Of a stretch of 64,000 bases of DNA, positions 46,910 through 58,233 are shown in pieces. The notes under the pieces are model-generated. The model ran no database searches, was not told the origin of the DNA, and was given only the letters and a program-made list of their open reading frames with translations. The DNA is taken from assembly GCA_913057155.1 (NCBI GenBank), contig CAJXNV010000001.1, positions 1,354-65,353 on the forward strand, given 5' to 3'. The translations under genes and the position numbers were made by a program. The stretch comes from an uncultured Actinomycetes bacterium. Its GTDB lineage: Bacteria > Actinomycetota > Actinomycetes > S36-B12. The stretch's first letter is position 1. Every line of letters begins with the position of its first letter.

Positions 46910-47974
46910 CTAGCCGCGTGCGATGCGCATGATCCACTCGGCCATGGCGTCGTCGGCGTCGCGTTCACCGTGGAGCGAAGCCGCCTGGGACATGCGCGCA
47001 AGCTGGCTTTCATCATGGACTACATCTACGAGGGTGTCGGTGAGCCACTCCGCGGTGAGTTCGGCATCGGCTCGTTGGAAGCCCCCACCGCTTGCCACGA
47101 TGGCCGCGGCGTTACCGGACTGTTCGCCGTTGCCGACCGGTAGCGGCACGTAGACGGCCGGGAGCCCGACAGCCGTCACCTCCGCGCAGGTCATCGCGCC
47201 CGCTCGGCACACCACGATGTCCGCGGCCGCGTAGGCCGATTCCATCCGATCGACGTAGTGGACGGGCACGTACCCCTCCCGGGCCTGCGGCAGTTCGTTC
47301 CTGCTGCCCACGGCGTGCAGCACGTGAACGCCCGATGCCAGCAGGACATCCAACGAAGCAGCGACCACCTCGTTGAGGTGACGCGCACCCTGACTGCCAC
47401 CGAACACCAACACGACCGGTGCCTGGGGATCCAAACCCCACTCACGACGGGCCGCACTGCGCTCAGCCGCCCGATCGAGTTCCGCGATGCTGCGCCGGAT
47501 CGGCAGTGCCAGGTGCCGGGCGCCGGAAAGCACCCCGTCGTGGACCGCCGCCACATGCTCGGTCAACCGGGCGCCGAGCACGTTGGCGAATCCGGCGGTG
47601 GAGTTGGCTTCGTGGATCAGCAGCGGAGTGCGGGTGCGCCGCGCGGCTACGTAGCCGGGTACGGCGGCATAGCCGCCGAAGCCGACCACGGCACTGGCCT
47701 GCACGCGCCTGAGGTGCGCCGCCGCCTGGCTGACTCCACGCAGCGCGTGCGCGGGAAAGCGCAGCGCCGCCATACCCGGCCGGCGCGGCAGGGGCAGGGC
47801 ATCGGTCTCGATCAACTCATAGCCGCGGGCCGGCACCAAGGTGGACTCCAACCCGCGCCTGCCACCGAGCACGGTGATCTCGATGGCCGGGTCCGCTCGG
47901 AGCAGGGCGTCGGCGGTGTTCAGCGCCGGCTCGATGTGTCCGGCGGTTCCGCCGGCCGCGAAGACGATGTGCAT
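46910..47974 (-). CDS. murG: UDP-N-acetylglucosamine transferase MurG
   Basis: Starts at MHIVFAAGGTAGHIEPAL (ATG 47972-47974). The 379-aa track ORF is over-extended. Confidence 0.92.
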   Translation of the reverse strand: MHIVFAAGGTAGHIEPALNTADALLRADPAIEITVLGGRRGLESTLVPARGYELIETDALPLPRRPGMAALRFPAHALRGVSQAAAHLRRVQASAVVGFGGYAAVPGYVAARRTRTPLLIHEANSTAGFANVLGARLTEHVAAVHDGVLSGARHLALPIRRSIAELDRAAERSAARREWGLDPQAPVVLVFGGSQGARHLNEVVAASLDVLLASGVHVLHAVGSRNELPQAREGYVPVHYVDRMESAYAAADIVVCRAGAMTCAEVTAVGLPAVYVPLPVGNGEQSGNAAAIVASGGGFQRADAELTAEWLTDTLVDVVHDESQLARMSQAASLHGERDADDAMAEWIMRIARG

Positions 47975-47993
47975 GGTGGCCGCAGTCCCGTCG

Positions 47994-49244
47994 TCAACGA
48001 CGTCGAAGGGCCTGCGCCGTGCTGCGGCGTCGCAGGGCGCGGCGAGCATCGGGCTCGCGTTTGGCGAAGGCCATCAACATGCCGATCGCGGTCAGGGTGG
48101 GGATCAAGGACGAACCCCCGTAGGACACCAGCGGCAACGTGACTCCGGCGACGGGCAGCAGACCGAGGACGCCGCCGATATTCACGATGGCCTGCACCAC
48201 GATCCACGACCCGACACCGGCCGCCGCGTATCGCACGAACGGCGAATCGGTATTGCGGCTGAGCCGGAAGATCGCGAAGGCCAGCAGCGAGAACAGCCCC
48301 AAGACGGTCAGGGTGCCCACGAGGCCGAGTTCCTCGCCGACCACCGGGAAGATGAAGTCGGTATGCGCTTCGGGCAAGGTCCCCCACTTCTCGCGGCTCG
48401 CCCCGAGTCCGACTCCCCAGAATCCACCGGTGCCCAACGCGTACTGGCCTTGGGTCACCTGCCAGCCGAAGCCCAAGCGGTCCGACCCCGGGTCCAACCA
48501 CGACAAGATCCGCTCCATCCGGTACGGAGCGGCGAGGGAGAGCACCCACACGGCCACCGCGCCGACGGCAGCGAAGGCCGCGAACACCCGCAAGGGCGCG
48601 CCCGCGGCGAACAGCATGCCGGCGAGGATGGCGCCGAGCATGACGGTGTTGCCGAAGTCGCCCTCGGCGACGACGAGGACCATCATGATGAGGGCGACGG
48701 GAACGATCGGCATGAGCAGTCCGCGCCAGGTGTCCAGGCGTCGGCGCGGCCGGGAGAGCACTTCGGCGCCCCACACGACCAGCGCCAACTTGGCTATCTC
48801 ACTGGGCTGGAACCGGAAGGGACCGAAGATCTCGATCCAGTTGCGCTGACCGGCTACCTCGACCCCGATGATGAGCACGGCGATCAGGAATCCGAAGGCG
48901 ACCAGCAGCAGCGGCCACGCGAAGGCACGCCAGAACTCCACCGAAGTTCGCGAAGCGAAGATCATCGCCACGATCCCCAACACAGCGAAGAACGCTTGGC
49001 GCTGGGCCAAGGTGTAGGGCGAGCCGAAGACCCGCACGCTCTCGATGCTCGAGGCGGACAGCACCATGATCAAGCCGAGCAACAGCAGCAGCAAGGTCGC
49101 GCCCATCAACAGGTAGTAGCCGCTGAGCGGATGCTGCATCAGCAAGGCGACCCGCGAACTTCGGATAGTCGAGGCCTGATCGACATGATCGACATGATCG
49201 ACCTCACCGCGGCTATCGCCGACGTCCACGCTTCGATCGCTCAT
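47994..49244 (-). CDS. ftsW: SEDS-family peptidoglycan polymerase FtsW
   Basis: Ten-TM SEDS protein. ATG 49242-49244 overlaps the murD stop as ATGA. Confidence 0.9.
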   Translation of the reverse strand: MSDRSVDVGDSRGEVDHVDHVDQASTIRSSRVALLMQHPLSGYYLLMGATLLLLLLGLIMVLSASSIESVRVFGSPYTLAQRQAFFAVLGIVAMIFASRTSVEFWRAFAWPLLLVAFGFLIAVLIIGVEVAGQRNWIEIFGPFRFQPSEIAKLALVVWGAEVLSRPRRRLDTWRGLLMPIVPVALIMMVLVVAEGDFGNTVMLGAILAGMLFAAGAPLRVFAAFAAVGAVAVWVLSLAAPYRMERILSWLDPGSDRLGFGWQVTQGQYALGTGGFWGVGLGASREKWGTLPEAHTDFIFPVVGEELGLVGTLTVLGLFSLLAFAIFRLSRNTDSPFVRYAAAGVGSWIVVQAIVNIGGVLGLLPVAGVTLPLVSYGGSSLIPTLTAIGMLMAFAKREPDARRALRRRSTAQALRRR

Positions 49245-50698
49245 CGGCCCTGGAGACCTCGGACCGCTTCGGCGAACAGTTCGCCCCGCTGGGCGTAGTT
49301 GTCGAACATGTCCCAGGAGGCGCATCCGGGGGCGAGCAGTACTACGTCCCCGGGTTCGGCGAGATCGGCTGCGGCGGCCACACTCTCGCGCATCGCCCCA
49401 GTGTCGGGCCGGTCGATGACGATGGTGGGTATATCCGGTGCGTGTCGCGCCAAGGCCTCGGCGATGACCGGAGCATCGACCCCGAGTAGGACCACTCCCC
49501 GCAGTCGATCGGCTACCGAGGAGACCAACTCATCGAAGGACTGGCCCTTGGCCATCCCGCCCGCGAGCCACACCACGGAGTCGTAGGCACGCAGTGACGT
49601 GGCGGCTGCGTGCGTATTGGTGGCTTTGGAGTCGTCGACGAATCGAACCCCGGCAACGGTCGCGACCTCGGCGATGCGATGCGCCGCCGGTTCGAAGGAC
49701 CGCAAGCCCTGCCGGACGGCATCCGGGTGGACTCCGTAGGCCCGCGCCAAGGCCGCGGCACCGAGTGCGTTGCTGATGTTGTGCGGCGCGGGCGGGTGGA
49801 TGTCCGCAACCGATGCGATTTCCTGCGCCATCTCCGATCGCTGCTCGAGGAAGGCCCGATCCACCAGGAGGTCATCGACGACACCGAGCATGCCGATATC
49901 GGGAACGCCCCGGGTGATGCCGATGGCGCGGCATCCTTCGACGACATCGGCGTTCTCGACCATGGTTCGGGTATCCGGTTCGTCGACGTCGTAGACCGCA
50001 GCAACGCGGCAGTGTTCGAAGACCCGCGACTTAGCGTGGAAATAGGCGCTGGAGTCCCCGAAGTGGTCGAGGTGGTCATCGGCGAAGTTCAAGCACACCG
50101 ACGCCAGCGGGCTCATCGATTCCACGAAGGGCAGTTGCGGCGCCCCCACCTCGATGGCGAGGACGTCCATGTCGTCGTGCATCACGATGTCGACGAGCGG
50201 TTTGCCGATGTTGCCCGCGGAGGTCGTGCGCCGGCCCGCCGAGCGGAGCATCGATTCCAGCATCAACGTGGTGGTGGTCTTGCCGTTCGTTCCGGTCACG
50301 CACAACCATTCCGCGGGTCGGTCCTGGCCGCGGAGCCGCCACGCGAGTTCCAATTCGCCCCACACGGGCACACCGGCTGCGCGGGCAGCGACGATGACCT
50401 CGGCGCGAGGTGGCAGGCCGGGCGATACGACCAGGACGTCGGCACCTGCCGCATGCTCCTGCGCGACTTCGGGTTCCTTCCGGCCACCGAGGTGCACCTG
50501 GGCTCCGAGCGTTCGCAGGATCTCCGCTCGCTGCTGTTGCGCTTCACCCGATGAGTCGTCGACGACCGTGATCTGCGCGCCCAATTGCAGCAGGGCGTCG
50601 GCGCACGAATACCCGGCGATCCCCAGTCCGGCGACCGTGACCCGAACCGAGGACCAATCCGAGGATCGATGCAGATCATCGACCGGTGAACGGCTCAC
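49241..50698 (-). CDS. murD: UDP-N-acetylmuramoylalanine--D-glutamate ligase
   Basis: GTG 50696-50698 overlaps the mraY stop. Motifs VAGLGIAG and VTGTNGKTTTT are present. The 671-aa track ORF runs through mraY and is spurious upstream. Confidence 0.92.
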   Translation of the reverse strand: MSRSPVDDLHRSSDWSSVRVTVAGLGIAGYSCADALLQLGAQITVVDDSSGEAQQQRAEILRTLGAQVHLGGRKEPEVAQEHAAGADVLVVSPGLPPRAEVIVAARAAGVPVWGELELAWRLRGQDRPAEWLCVTGTNGKTTTTLMLESMLRSAGRRTTSAGNIGKPLVDIVMHDDMDVLAIEVGAPQLPFVESMSPLASVCLNFADDHLDHFGDSSAYFHAKSRVFEHCRVAAVYDVDEPDTRTMVENADVVEGCRAIGITRGVPDIGMLGVVDDLLVDRAFLEQRSEMAQEIASVADIHPPAPHNISNALGAAALARAYGVHPDAVRQGLRSFEPAAHRIAEVATVAGVRFVDDSKATNTHAAATSLRAYDSVVWLAGGMAKGQSFDELVSSVADRLRGVVLLGVDAPVIAEALARHAPDIPTIVIDRPDTGAMRESVAAAADLAEPGDVVLLAPGCASWDMFDNYAQRGELFAEAVRGLQGR

Positions 50699-51762
50699 GC
50701 TCGCACCCACTCGGCGTAGAAGAGGGTCAACCCGGCTCCGATGCACAGACCCTGCACGATCCACATGCGCACCACGATCTGGATCTCCGGCCAGCCGATC
50801 ATCTCGAAGTGATGGTGCAGTGGTGCCATCCGGAACACGCGCCGTCCGGTCAACTTGAACGATCCGACCTGCAAGATCACCGAGACCGTGGTGATCAAGA
50901 ACAGACCGGCGATGAACGGCAGCAGCAATTCGGTACGGGTCAAGATGGCGAGTCCGGCGATGCCACCACCGAGGGCGAGCGAGCCGGTGTCGCCCATGAA
51001 TATCCGCGCCGGGGCGGTGTTCCACCATAGGAAGCCGAAACAGGCTCCTGCGGCGGATGCCGCGACGATGCCCAGATCGAGCGGGTTCTGCGTGGTGTAA
51101 CAGAACTCGGTGACCTCGAACGCGCAGTTTTGACCGTATTGCCAGATGGACAGCAGGACGTAGGCCAGGAAGCTCATCACCGAGGCACCGACGGCCAAGC
51201 CATCGAGCCCATCGGTCAGGTTCACGCCGTTGGTGGTGGCCGTGATCAGGAACCACACCCAGATCAAGAACAGGCCCAGGGGCAGCACCAGCGGTGTGTC
51301 CCGCACGAACGAGACGGCCATCGATGCCGCCGTCTGCCCGTCCTGGTCGGGGAATTGGACCGACAGGTAGGCGAACGTGAACGCGACTACGGCTTGGCCG
51401 ATCAGCTTGGTTCGTGCCCGCAGTCCGGTGCTGCGCTGCTTGAAGATCTTCAGGTAGTCATCGGCTAGGCCGACCAGTCCCAGGCCGACCATCAAGAACA
51501 ACACCAACAGACCGGAGACCGTGACCGGTCGCCAGGTGATCAAGTGGGTGCCGAAGTATCCGATGACGACGGCGAGCAGGATCGCAGCGCCACCCATCGA
51601 CGGGGTTCCCCGCTTGGCTTCGTGATCGGGGTAGGCCTCGCCTTCGCTGGAGACACGGATCGCCTGCGAGTAGCCGCGCCGTGCCAGCAACTTGATCAGC
51701 AGCGGAGTGCCTACGAGTGAGACGACCGACGCGATCGCCAGCGCGATGACCACCAACCTCAT
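50695..51762 (-). CDS. mraY: phospho-N-acetylmuramoyl-pentapeptide transferase
   Basis: 355-aa polytopic ORF with NGVNLTDGLDGLA and MGDTGSLALGG motifs. Confidence 0.95.
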   Translation of the reverse strand: MRLVVIALAIASVVSLVGTPLLIKLLARRGYSQAIRVSSEGEAYPDHEAKRGTPSMGGAAILLAVVIGYFGTHLITWRPVTVSGLLVLFLMVGLGLVGLADDYLKIFKQRSTGLRARTKLIGQAVVAFTFAYLSVQFPDQDGQTAASMAVSFVRDTPLVLPLGLFLIWVWFLITATTNGVNLTDGLDGLAVGASVMSFLAYVLLSIWQYGQNCAFEVTEFCYTTQNPLDLGIVAASAAGACFGFLWWNTAPARIFMGDTGSLALGGGIAGLAILTRTELLLPFIAGLFLITTVSVILQVGSFKLTGRRVFRMAPLHHHFEMIGWPEIQIVVRMWIVQGLCIGAGLTLFYAEWVRA

Positions 51763-53159
51763 GCGCTCTCCTCCTGCTCACCTAGCAGGTGCGCGGCAAC
51801 GGCTTCCAAACCGATTGCCCGTGACGCCTTGATCAACACGACGTCGCCGGGCTGCACCTCGGCGTCGAGCAGTTCGATGGCGGCGGCTACGTCGGGAACC
51901 CAGGCGGACTCCTCACCCCAGGATCCTTCGTTGCTAGCGGCCAAGTGCATCACCTTGGTCTGCGGACCCACACACACCAGGCGCGAGATGTCCAAGCGCA
52001 CCGCGAGACGGCCGATGGCGTCGTGCTCGGGCACGCTGAGTTCGCCGAGTTCGCGCATCTCGCCGAGAACGGCCCAGGTGCGCGAGCCCTGCGCCATCGA
52101 ACGCAACGCCTTCAAAGCCGCCCGCATCGACTCGGGGTTCGCGTTGTAGGCATCGTTCACGACGGTGACACCGGCTTCGGACCGACGCACTTCCATCCGC
52201 CATCGACTATCGATGCGGATATCGGCGAGCCGGTCGGCGATCACCGCGACAGGCACGCCGGTGAGATGCGCGACGCTGGCCGCGGCCAGGGCCGCGGATA
52301 CGAAGTGCTCTCCGTGCATCGGCAATCGGATGGTCTCGGAGACCTCGCCGGCGACGCTCAGCCGGAAGTTCGGACGACCGTGTTCATCGAGACGGATATC
52401 CAGAGCGCGGACGTCGGCGTCGGGGCTTTCCCCGAACCACACGATGCGTGCATCGGTCCGCGACCGCATCGCCGCGACCTGCGGGTCATCGGCGTTCAAA
52501 ACGGCGACGGCACTCGCGGGGAGGCCTTCGATGATCTCCCCCTTGGCCTGCGCGATATCGGCGGGCCCGTCCAGCATGCCGACGTGCGCCGTGCCGACGT
52601 TCAACACCAACGCGATGTCCGGCGTAGCCAACTCGGCTAGATAGCGAATGTGCCCAAGGCCGCGCATACCCATCTCGAGCACGAGGAAGTCGGTATCGGC
52701 TTCTGCGGCCAGGATCGTCAGCGGAACCCCGATCTCGGTATTGAACGAACCCCGGGCGGCCACGACGTCACCATCGAGCACTCCGGCGATCAGATCCTTG
52801 GTGGTGGTCTTGCCCGAGGATCCGGTCAGTGCGATGACGGTCGCGGTCAACACCTCGCGCCGATACCAGGCCGCGACCTGGCCCAGCGCCGCGACGCAGT
52901 CCTCGACGACGATGCACGGCAGCGGTGCGAGATCGCGCTCGCTGAGTACCGCGACCGCGCCGCGCTCGAGCGCTGCGGCGGCGAAGTCGTGTCCGTCCAC
53001 CCGTTCGCCGCGGGTAGCCACGAACACCTGCCCCGGTTCGATGCTGCGGGAATCGACGTTGAAGCCCTGTACGAGTGGCTGCTCTCCCAGCTCACCGGCG
53101 GGTTCGTTGAGTCGTCCCTGGACGATGTCTGCGAGGGCAGCCACCGCCAGTGCCTTCAC
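51759..53159 (-). CDS. murF: UDP-N-acetylmuramoyl-tripeptide--D-alanyl-D-alanine ligase
   Basis: 466-aa Mur ligase with the P-loop LTGSSGKTTTKD. Confidence 0.93.
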   Translation of the reverse strand: MKALAVAALADIVQGRLNEPAGELGEQPLVQGFNVDSRSIEPGQVFVATRGERVDGHDFAAAALERGAVAVLSERDLAPLPCIVVEDCVAALGQVAAWYRREVLTATVIALTGSSGKTTTKDLIAGVLDGDVVAARGSFNTEIGVPLTILAAEADTDFLVLEMGMRGLGHIRYLAELATPDIALVLNVGTAHVGMLDGPADIAQAKGEIIEGLPASAVAVLNADDPQVAAMRSRTDARIVWFGESPDADVRALDIRLDEHGRPNFRLSVAGEVSETIRLPMHGEHFVSAALAAASVAHLTGVPVAVIADRLADIRIDSRWRMEVRRSEAGVTVVNDAYNANPESMRAALKALRSMAQGSRTWAVLGEMRELGELSVPEHDAIGRLAVRLDISRLVCVGPQTKVMHLAASNEGSWGEESAWVPDVAAAIELLDAEVQPGDVVLIKASRAIGLEAVAAHLLGEQEESA

Positions 53160-54724
53160 GCGCCGTCTCCTCGTCCGCCCCCGGCTACCCCGAAACGTTG
53201 TCGGATGAAGGATGCCAGCACCGCACGATCATCGAAGGCAACGACCCGACCCTGCACCTCCTGGGTCGCCTCGTGGCCCTTGCCCAGCACGAGCACGATG
53301 TCCCCGGGCCCTGCCTCCTGCACCGCCCTGGCGATCGCCTCCTCACGGGGAGCGATCTCCCACACTTCCGCAGGTCCGGATTCGGCTCCGCGGCGCACGG
53401 CGGCCCGGATCTGGGCTGGGTCCTCGGTCCGGGGGTTGTCGTCGGTCACGATCACCAGGTCGGTGCCGGCCTGGGACGCCGCCCGACCCATCGCCGAGCG
53501 TTTCGCCGAGTCACGATCGCCCCCGGCACCCAGCACCACCACGACTCGACCGTGCCCACCGGCGGCTTCACTCCGACTGGCCCGCATCTCGATGGCCGCC
53601 TGCACGACCCGATCGATCGCATCGGGGGTGTGTGCGTAGTCCACGAGGAACTCGCGTGAGTCGACCGACGCCACCGATTCCATGCGACCGGGCACGCTCG
53701 CGGTCCGCAGCGCATCCGCGGCCAGCTGTGCGGGCACATCGAGGGAATGCGCGATAGCGATCGCGAGTGTCGCATTGGCTATCGCGAACCCCGCAGGGAT
53801 GCCGATGGCCAGTGTCACCGATTCCGGCCCCTCGATCCGAACACCGGATTCGGTTCGACGTGCGCGCCAGGTGGCGTCGATATCCGGCTGCGTGCTGACG
53901 GTGGTGAGGGGAACCGCAGCCTGCTCGGCTAGCCGTTGCCCCCAGGGTTCATCGACTACGACGACGCCGGCTCGGCAACGACCGGGGGCGAACATCCGCG
54001 CCTTGGCGTCGAAGTAGGCATCCATAGTGCCGTGGTAGTCGAGGTGGTCATGGCTCAATCCGGTGAAACCCATGACGTCGAAATCGATGCCATCGATCCG
54101 GTTCTCGCAAACGGCGATACTCGAGACCTCCATCGCCACCGCTTGCGCTCCATCGCGCTGCAACTCGGCGAGCGTTCGTTGCAGATCCGGGGCTTCGGGA
54201 GTGGTACGCGGATGCGGATGCGTCGCACCACCGGGGGAGCCGGGGTAATACGTGCCCAGCGTCCCCACGATCCCGCACGGCCTACCCGCTGCCTGCAACG
54301 CCGCTTGCACGAGATAGGTCACCGATGTCTTCCCGTTCGTGCCGGTGACACCGACCATCGTCATGGCCGCAGCGGGGAACCCGTAGAAGGCCGCCGCCAT
54401 TGCAGCCATCGACGCCCGCGGGCTGTCGACGACGAGCACCGGTGGGGTGGATCCACCGTGGTCGCCTTGCTCGTAGTACTCGGAAGCGTCGAGCAACCGC
54501 ACACCGCGCTCGTCGGTGACGATGACCGCCGCACCCGAGCGAGCCGCCTGGCCGGCGAATGCCGCTCCGTGCTCGTTGTGTCCGGGTAGGGCGAAGAAGA
54601 CCGAGCCGGCGGGGACATCGCGGGAGTCGTAGGACAGTCCCGTGATCTCGGGGTCGGCTCCCGATCCTCGGTCGGCTGTACCCGCCGCGAGCCCCGCGTC
54701 GGCAACGAGCTTGGACAGCCGCAT
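53156..54724 (-). CDS. murE: UDP-N-acetylmuramoyl-L-alanyl-D-glutamate--2,6-diaminopimelate (or L-Lys) ligase
   Basis: 522-aa Mur ligase with the P-loop VTGTNGKTSV. Substrate specificity cannot be decided by eye. Confidence 0.9.
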   Translation of the reverse strand: MRLSKLVADAGLAAGTADRGSGADPEITGLSYDSRDVPAGSVFFALPGHNEHGAAFAGQAARSGAAVIVTDERGVRLLDASEYYEQGDHGGSTPPVLVVDSPRASMAAMAAAFYGFPAAAMTMVGVTGTNGKTSVTYLVQAALQAAGRPCGIVGTLGTYYPGSPGGATHPHPRTTPEAPDLQRTLAELQRDGAQAVAMEVSSIAVCENRIDGIDFDVMGFTGLSHDHLDYHGTMDAYFDAKARMFAPGRCRAGVVVVDEPWGQRLAEQAAVPLTTVSTQPDIDATWRARRTESGVRIEGPESVTLAIGIPAGFAIANATLAIAIAHSLDVPAQLAADALRTASVPGRMESVASVDSREFLVDYAHTPDAIDRVVQAAIEMRASRSEAAGGHGRVVVVLGAGGDRDSAKRSAMGRAASQAGTDLVIVTDDNPRTEDPAQIRAAVRRGAESGPAEVWEIAPREEAIARAVQEAGPGDIVLVLGKGHEATQEVQGRVVAFDDRAVLASFIRQRFGVAGGGRGDGA

Positions 54725-54726
54725 CG

Positions 54727-56463
54727 TTACCCCGTCGTCAGGCTGAGCCGTGGGGCCCGCTTGCCCGAGGGCGGGATCTGCAGCGCCTGCAACGCGTGGG
54801 TGGTGATCTCCTTGAAGACGGGCGCGGCGAGCTCACCACCGCCGCGGCCGCGCTTCGGTTGGTGCACGAAGACCCCGACCGCGAGGCGGGGTGCATCAGC
54901 CGGTGCCACACCGATGAACGATGCCGTGACATCCCCGGCGTAGCAACGGCAATCGGGGTCCACGAACTGGGCCGTACCCGTCTTGCCGGCCACCCGGTAG
55001 CCGGGTATCCGCGCTTGCGGTGCGGTGCCACCTTCACCCACGACGGCCTCCATCATCGCCATCACCTGACGGGCGGTGTCCTCGCTGACCACCCGGTCGC
55101 GCTCGGCGGCCGGCTGTTCGTGGACGGTGCCGTCGGGGTCGATCGTGGCCTCGATGATCGACGGATCCACGCGCACTCCCCCGTTGGCGATGGTCGCGAA
55201 GACGTTCGTCATCTGCACGGTGGTCGCGGAATACCCCTGGCCGAATGCCATCGTCGGGAAGGTGGTGCCCGACCAGTTCTCCCGCGAGAGCATCAGTCCG
55301 GCCGATTCACCCGGAAGGCCGAGGTCGGTCTTCTGATTGATGCCGAAGCGTTCCATGTAGCGCGCGAGTTCGATCTTGGGCATCTTCTCGGCCGCGAGGA
55401 TCATGCCGATGTTGCTGGACTTCGCGAAGGCACCGGTCATCGTCAACCGCAAGGTCCCGTGCTTCCAGTAGTCGTTGAAGCGCTTACCGGCTCGCTTCAG
55501 CGTGCCCGGCACCTTGATCGGTGTCAGTGCATCGACCGCACCCTCGTTGATGACGGCGGCAGCGGTGATGACCTTGCCGGTCGATCCCGGCTCGAAGATG
55601 TCGGTGATCGCGCGATTGCGTCGTTCCTCGGGTAGGGCTTGGGTGAAGCGATTGGGATCGAAATCCGGGCCGGTCGCCATGGCCAGGATCTCCCCGGTCT
55701 GTACGTCCATGACGACCGCCGTCGCACTCGAGGCACCGGACTTGCGCACTACCGCATCGATCGCCTCCTGCGCCACGAACTGGATATCCCGATCGATCGT
55801 CAACTGCACATCCGAGCCGGGTACGGCTGCTACCGACGATTGGTTCTGTGTGGGGATGACCCGACCACCGGGGCCACGCTCGTAGGTCTGCTGACCCGCG
55901 GTTCCGGTGAGTAGTTCATCGAAACTGGATTCGATGCCCGCTCCGCCCACTCCATTGGCGTTGACGAATCCGACGATGTGCGAAGCGAGGTCGCCCGCGG
56001 GATAGATGCGTCGCGCGGTCTCCTGGCTGAAGATCCCCGGCAGTTGCAGGGCGGAGATCTCATCCCAGGTTTCCGGGGTCACTCCCTTGGCCACGTACAT
56101 GAACCGCTTGTCCCCCGACAGCCGATCGGCGAGCACGTCCTGGGGTACCTCGAGGATCGGCGCGAGTTCCACGGCGAGTGCGGCGGGATCGTCGATCAGC
56201 GTCTGGTCGGCGGTGATGTCCCGCGCCTCCACCGTCACGGCGAGGGCTTGACCGGAGCGATCCAAGATGCTGCCGCGGTAGGCGGGGATCTCCAGGGTGC
56301 GCAGCCGTTGCGTCAAGGCCGCATCTGCAAGCGCCTCTCCGCGCACCGCCTGCAGGTCCACCAGTCGGGTCGCGAAGATCGACGCCACGATCGCGGTAGC
56401 CAGCAGCAGGGCGGTACCGCGCTTGCGTGAACTACCGGGAGTGAAATCACCGCGCGGACTCAT
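54727..56463 (-). CDS. ftsI: class B penicillin-binding protein (septal transpeptidase FtsI/PbpB)
   Basis: N-terminal TM anchor plus SxxK (STGKV), SSN and KTGTA motifs. Confidence 0.92.
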   Translation of the reverse strand: MSPRGDFTPGSSRKRGTALLLATAIVASIFATRLVDLQAVRGEALADAALTQRLRTLEIPAYRGSILDRSGQALAVTVEARDITADQTLIDDPAALAVELAPILEVPQDVLADRLSGDKRFMYVAKGVTPETWDEISALQLPGIFSQETARRIYPAGDLASHIVGFVNANGVGGAGIESSFDELLTGTAGQQTYERGPGGRVIPTQNQSSVAAVPGSDVQLTIDRDIQFVAQEAIDAVVRKSGASSATAVVMDVQTGEILAMATGPDFDPNRFTQALPEERRNRAITDIFEPGSTGKVITAAAVINEGAVDALTPIKVPGTLKRAGKRFNDYWKHGTLRLTMTGAFAKSSNIGMILAAEKMPKIELARYMERFGINQKTDLGLPGESAGLMLSRENWSGTTFPTMAFGQGYSATTVQMTNVFATIANGGVRVDPSIIEATIDPDGTVHEQPAAERDRVVSEDTARQVMAMMEAVVGEGGTAPQARIPGYRVAGKTGTAQFVDPDCRCYAGDVTASFIGVAPADAPRLAVGVFVHQPKRGRGGGELAAPVFKEITTHALQALQIPPSGKRAPRLSLTTG

Positions 56464-57233
56464 CGGGCATCACCATCCACGACCGCACCATCACCGGAGG
56501 CGTTCGCTCCGGTTGCCGCGCGATCGCCGCCCACGAGCACCGCGCCATCGGTCACCGCGAGACCTTCGACCTCTTGTCCCTGCTGTCGGGCCTCGTTGCG
56601 GCGGGCTTGTTCGGTCGCTTCGTCGAATTGCTCCGCCGCGCCCGGGTCGACCAGGACCGCACCGTCACCGACTTGCCGGCGCTGTCCCTCGGCTGAGTCC
56701 GAATCGCCAGCTGCCTGGGCACCATCATCAGCGGCGCCTGATCCGGGAACCGGATCCAGCAACGAGGCCGTGAGCGAGGTGGCGACGTTCGCGGTGCGGG
56801 AGGTATCACCGCGGGCCGGCTTGGCTCGGCCTTTGACTTCACCGCTCGGGATCGTCACGAACACCGGTCGGCCGCTGGGCACCATGCCGATCGCACGTGC
56901 CTTGGCCTCGAGAACCGGGGGCGCGGCGACCGCACTCAGTTCCTCGGTCAGCGCCGCCTCGGTTCGAGCCAACTCCCGTTGTTGGATCTGCAGCTCGCTG
57001 ACCGTGAAGGCGGTCTGCGCCACCGAGGTATTGATCACCAGCATGACCACCAGGCCCAGGGCCAGCATCGCGGTGATCACTACGGCGAACAATCCGCGAC
57101 TGGCCCGTTCGGGGCGCAGCGGCGCCACGAGTCGCAGATGCGGGAGGTCATGGCGGTGCTTGCGTCCGGCTGCGCCGGTCGCGTACTCGGTGGTGGACTC
57201 GGCGAGCGGAGCTTCGAATGCGGGCGCGCTCAT
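56460..57233 (-). CDS. ftsL: FtsL-like septum formation protein
   Basis: It has a single TM helix ([20 protein letters not shown]) followed by a coiled coil. It sits in the conserved position between rsmH and ftsI and has a long low-complexity C-terminus. Confidence 0.75.
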   Translation of the reverse strand: MSAPAFEAPLAESTTEYATGAAGRKHRHDLPHLRLVAPLRPERASRGLFAVVITAMLALGLVVMLVINTSVAQTAFTVSELQIQQRELARTEAALTEELSAVAAPPVLEAKARAIGMVPSGRPVFVTIPSGEVKGRAKPARGDTSRTANVATSLTASLLDPVPGSGAADDGAQAAGDSDSAEGQRRQVGDGAVLVDPGAAEQFDEATEQARRNEARQQGQEVEGLAVTDGAVLVGGDRAATGANASGDGAVVDGDAR

Positions 57234-58183
57234 GCCGCTATCCGTTCGATGGCGCGCAGGCGTACCGAAGCCGCGCGCGGGTTGTCCTCGACCTCCGCTG
57301 CCGAGGCTTGCTGCGATCCGCGGACCAGCAGCTCGAAGGACGGTTCGCTGCCTTCGGGAACGAACGGCAGGTCCGGGGGAACATCGAGCGTGGTCCGTCG
57401 CGTGAACTCCGCCTTGACGATGCGATCCTCGAGCGATTGGTAGGACAGCACGACCAATCGACCGCCGAGGTTCAGTACGTCCAACGCCGCCGGAATAGCC
57501 GACCGCAGGACATCGAGTTCACCGTTCACCTCCACGCGCAACGCCTGGAAGGTTCGCTTGGCCGGATTACCGCCGGTGCGCCGGGCCGCAGCGGGGATCG
57601 CTGCGCGGATGATCTCCACGAGGCGAGCGGAATTGGTGATCGGCTCTTGCGCGCGGGCGCGCACGATGCCGCGGGCGATACGCGCAGCGAACCGCTCCTC
57701 GCCGAATTCCCGGAGTATCGAGGTCAGTTCCGCCTCGCTGTAATCGTTGACGATGTCCGCGGCAGTGCGCTCGTCCGTCGTGGACATCCGCATGTCCAGG
57801 GGGGCGTCGATGGAGTAGGCGAAGCCCCGCTCGGGGTCGTCGAGTTGCATGGAGGAGACACCGAGATCGAACAAGATCCCGTCCACGCTGTGGATGCCCG
57901 CATCGGCGAGCACCTGGGGGATTTCGTCGTAGACCGCATGCACCAGATGAAGGCGAACGCCCCACGGCGCGAGTCGGTCACGGGAGATCTCCAATGCGGA
58001 GGCATCGCGATCGATGCCGATGACCGTGAGATCGGGGAAGGTTCGAAGTGCGTACTCGCTATGCCCACCGAGGCCGACGGTTGCGTCGACGAACACCGCA
58101 CCCGGGCGCGTCAGGGCCGGTGCCAGCAGCGCGAAGACGCGCTCGCGTAGCACCGGAGTGTGGTGAGCGGATGATGTGGTCAC
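57230..58183 (-). CDS. rsmH: 16S rRNA (cytosine1402-N4)-methyltransferase
   Basis: Motifs HTPVLRERV and the SAM-binding [11 protein letters not shown] prefer GTG 58181-58183 ([12 protein letters not shown]). The track start at 58243 adds 20 atypical residues. Confidence 0.9.
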   Translation of the reverse strand: MTTSSAHHTPVLRERVFALLAPALTRPGAVFVDATVGLGGHSEYALRTFPDLTVIGIDRDASALEISRDRLAPWGVRLHLVHAVYDEIPQVLADAGIHSVDGILFDLGVSSMQLDDPERGFAYSIDAPLDMRMSTTDERTAADIVNDYSEAELTSILREFGEERFAARIARGIVRARAQEPITNSARLVEIIRAAIPAAARRTGGNPAKRTFQALRVEVNGELDVLRSAIPAALDVLNLGGRLVVLSYQSLEDRIVKAEFTRRTTLDVPPDLPFVPEGSEPSFELLVRGSQQASAAEVEDNPRAASVRLRAIERIAA

Positions 58184-58233
58184 GAGTCGACTTCCCCATC
58201 GACCGGGACTGCGAAGCCCCGAGCGGGTAGGAC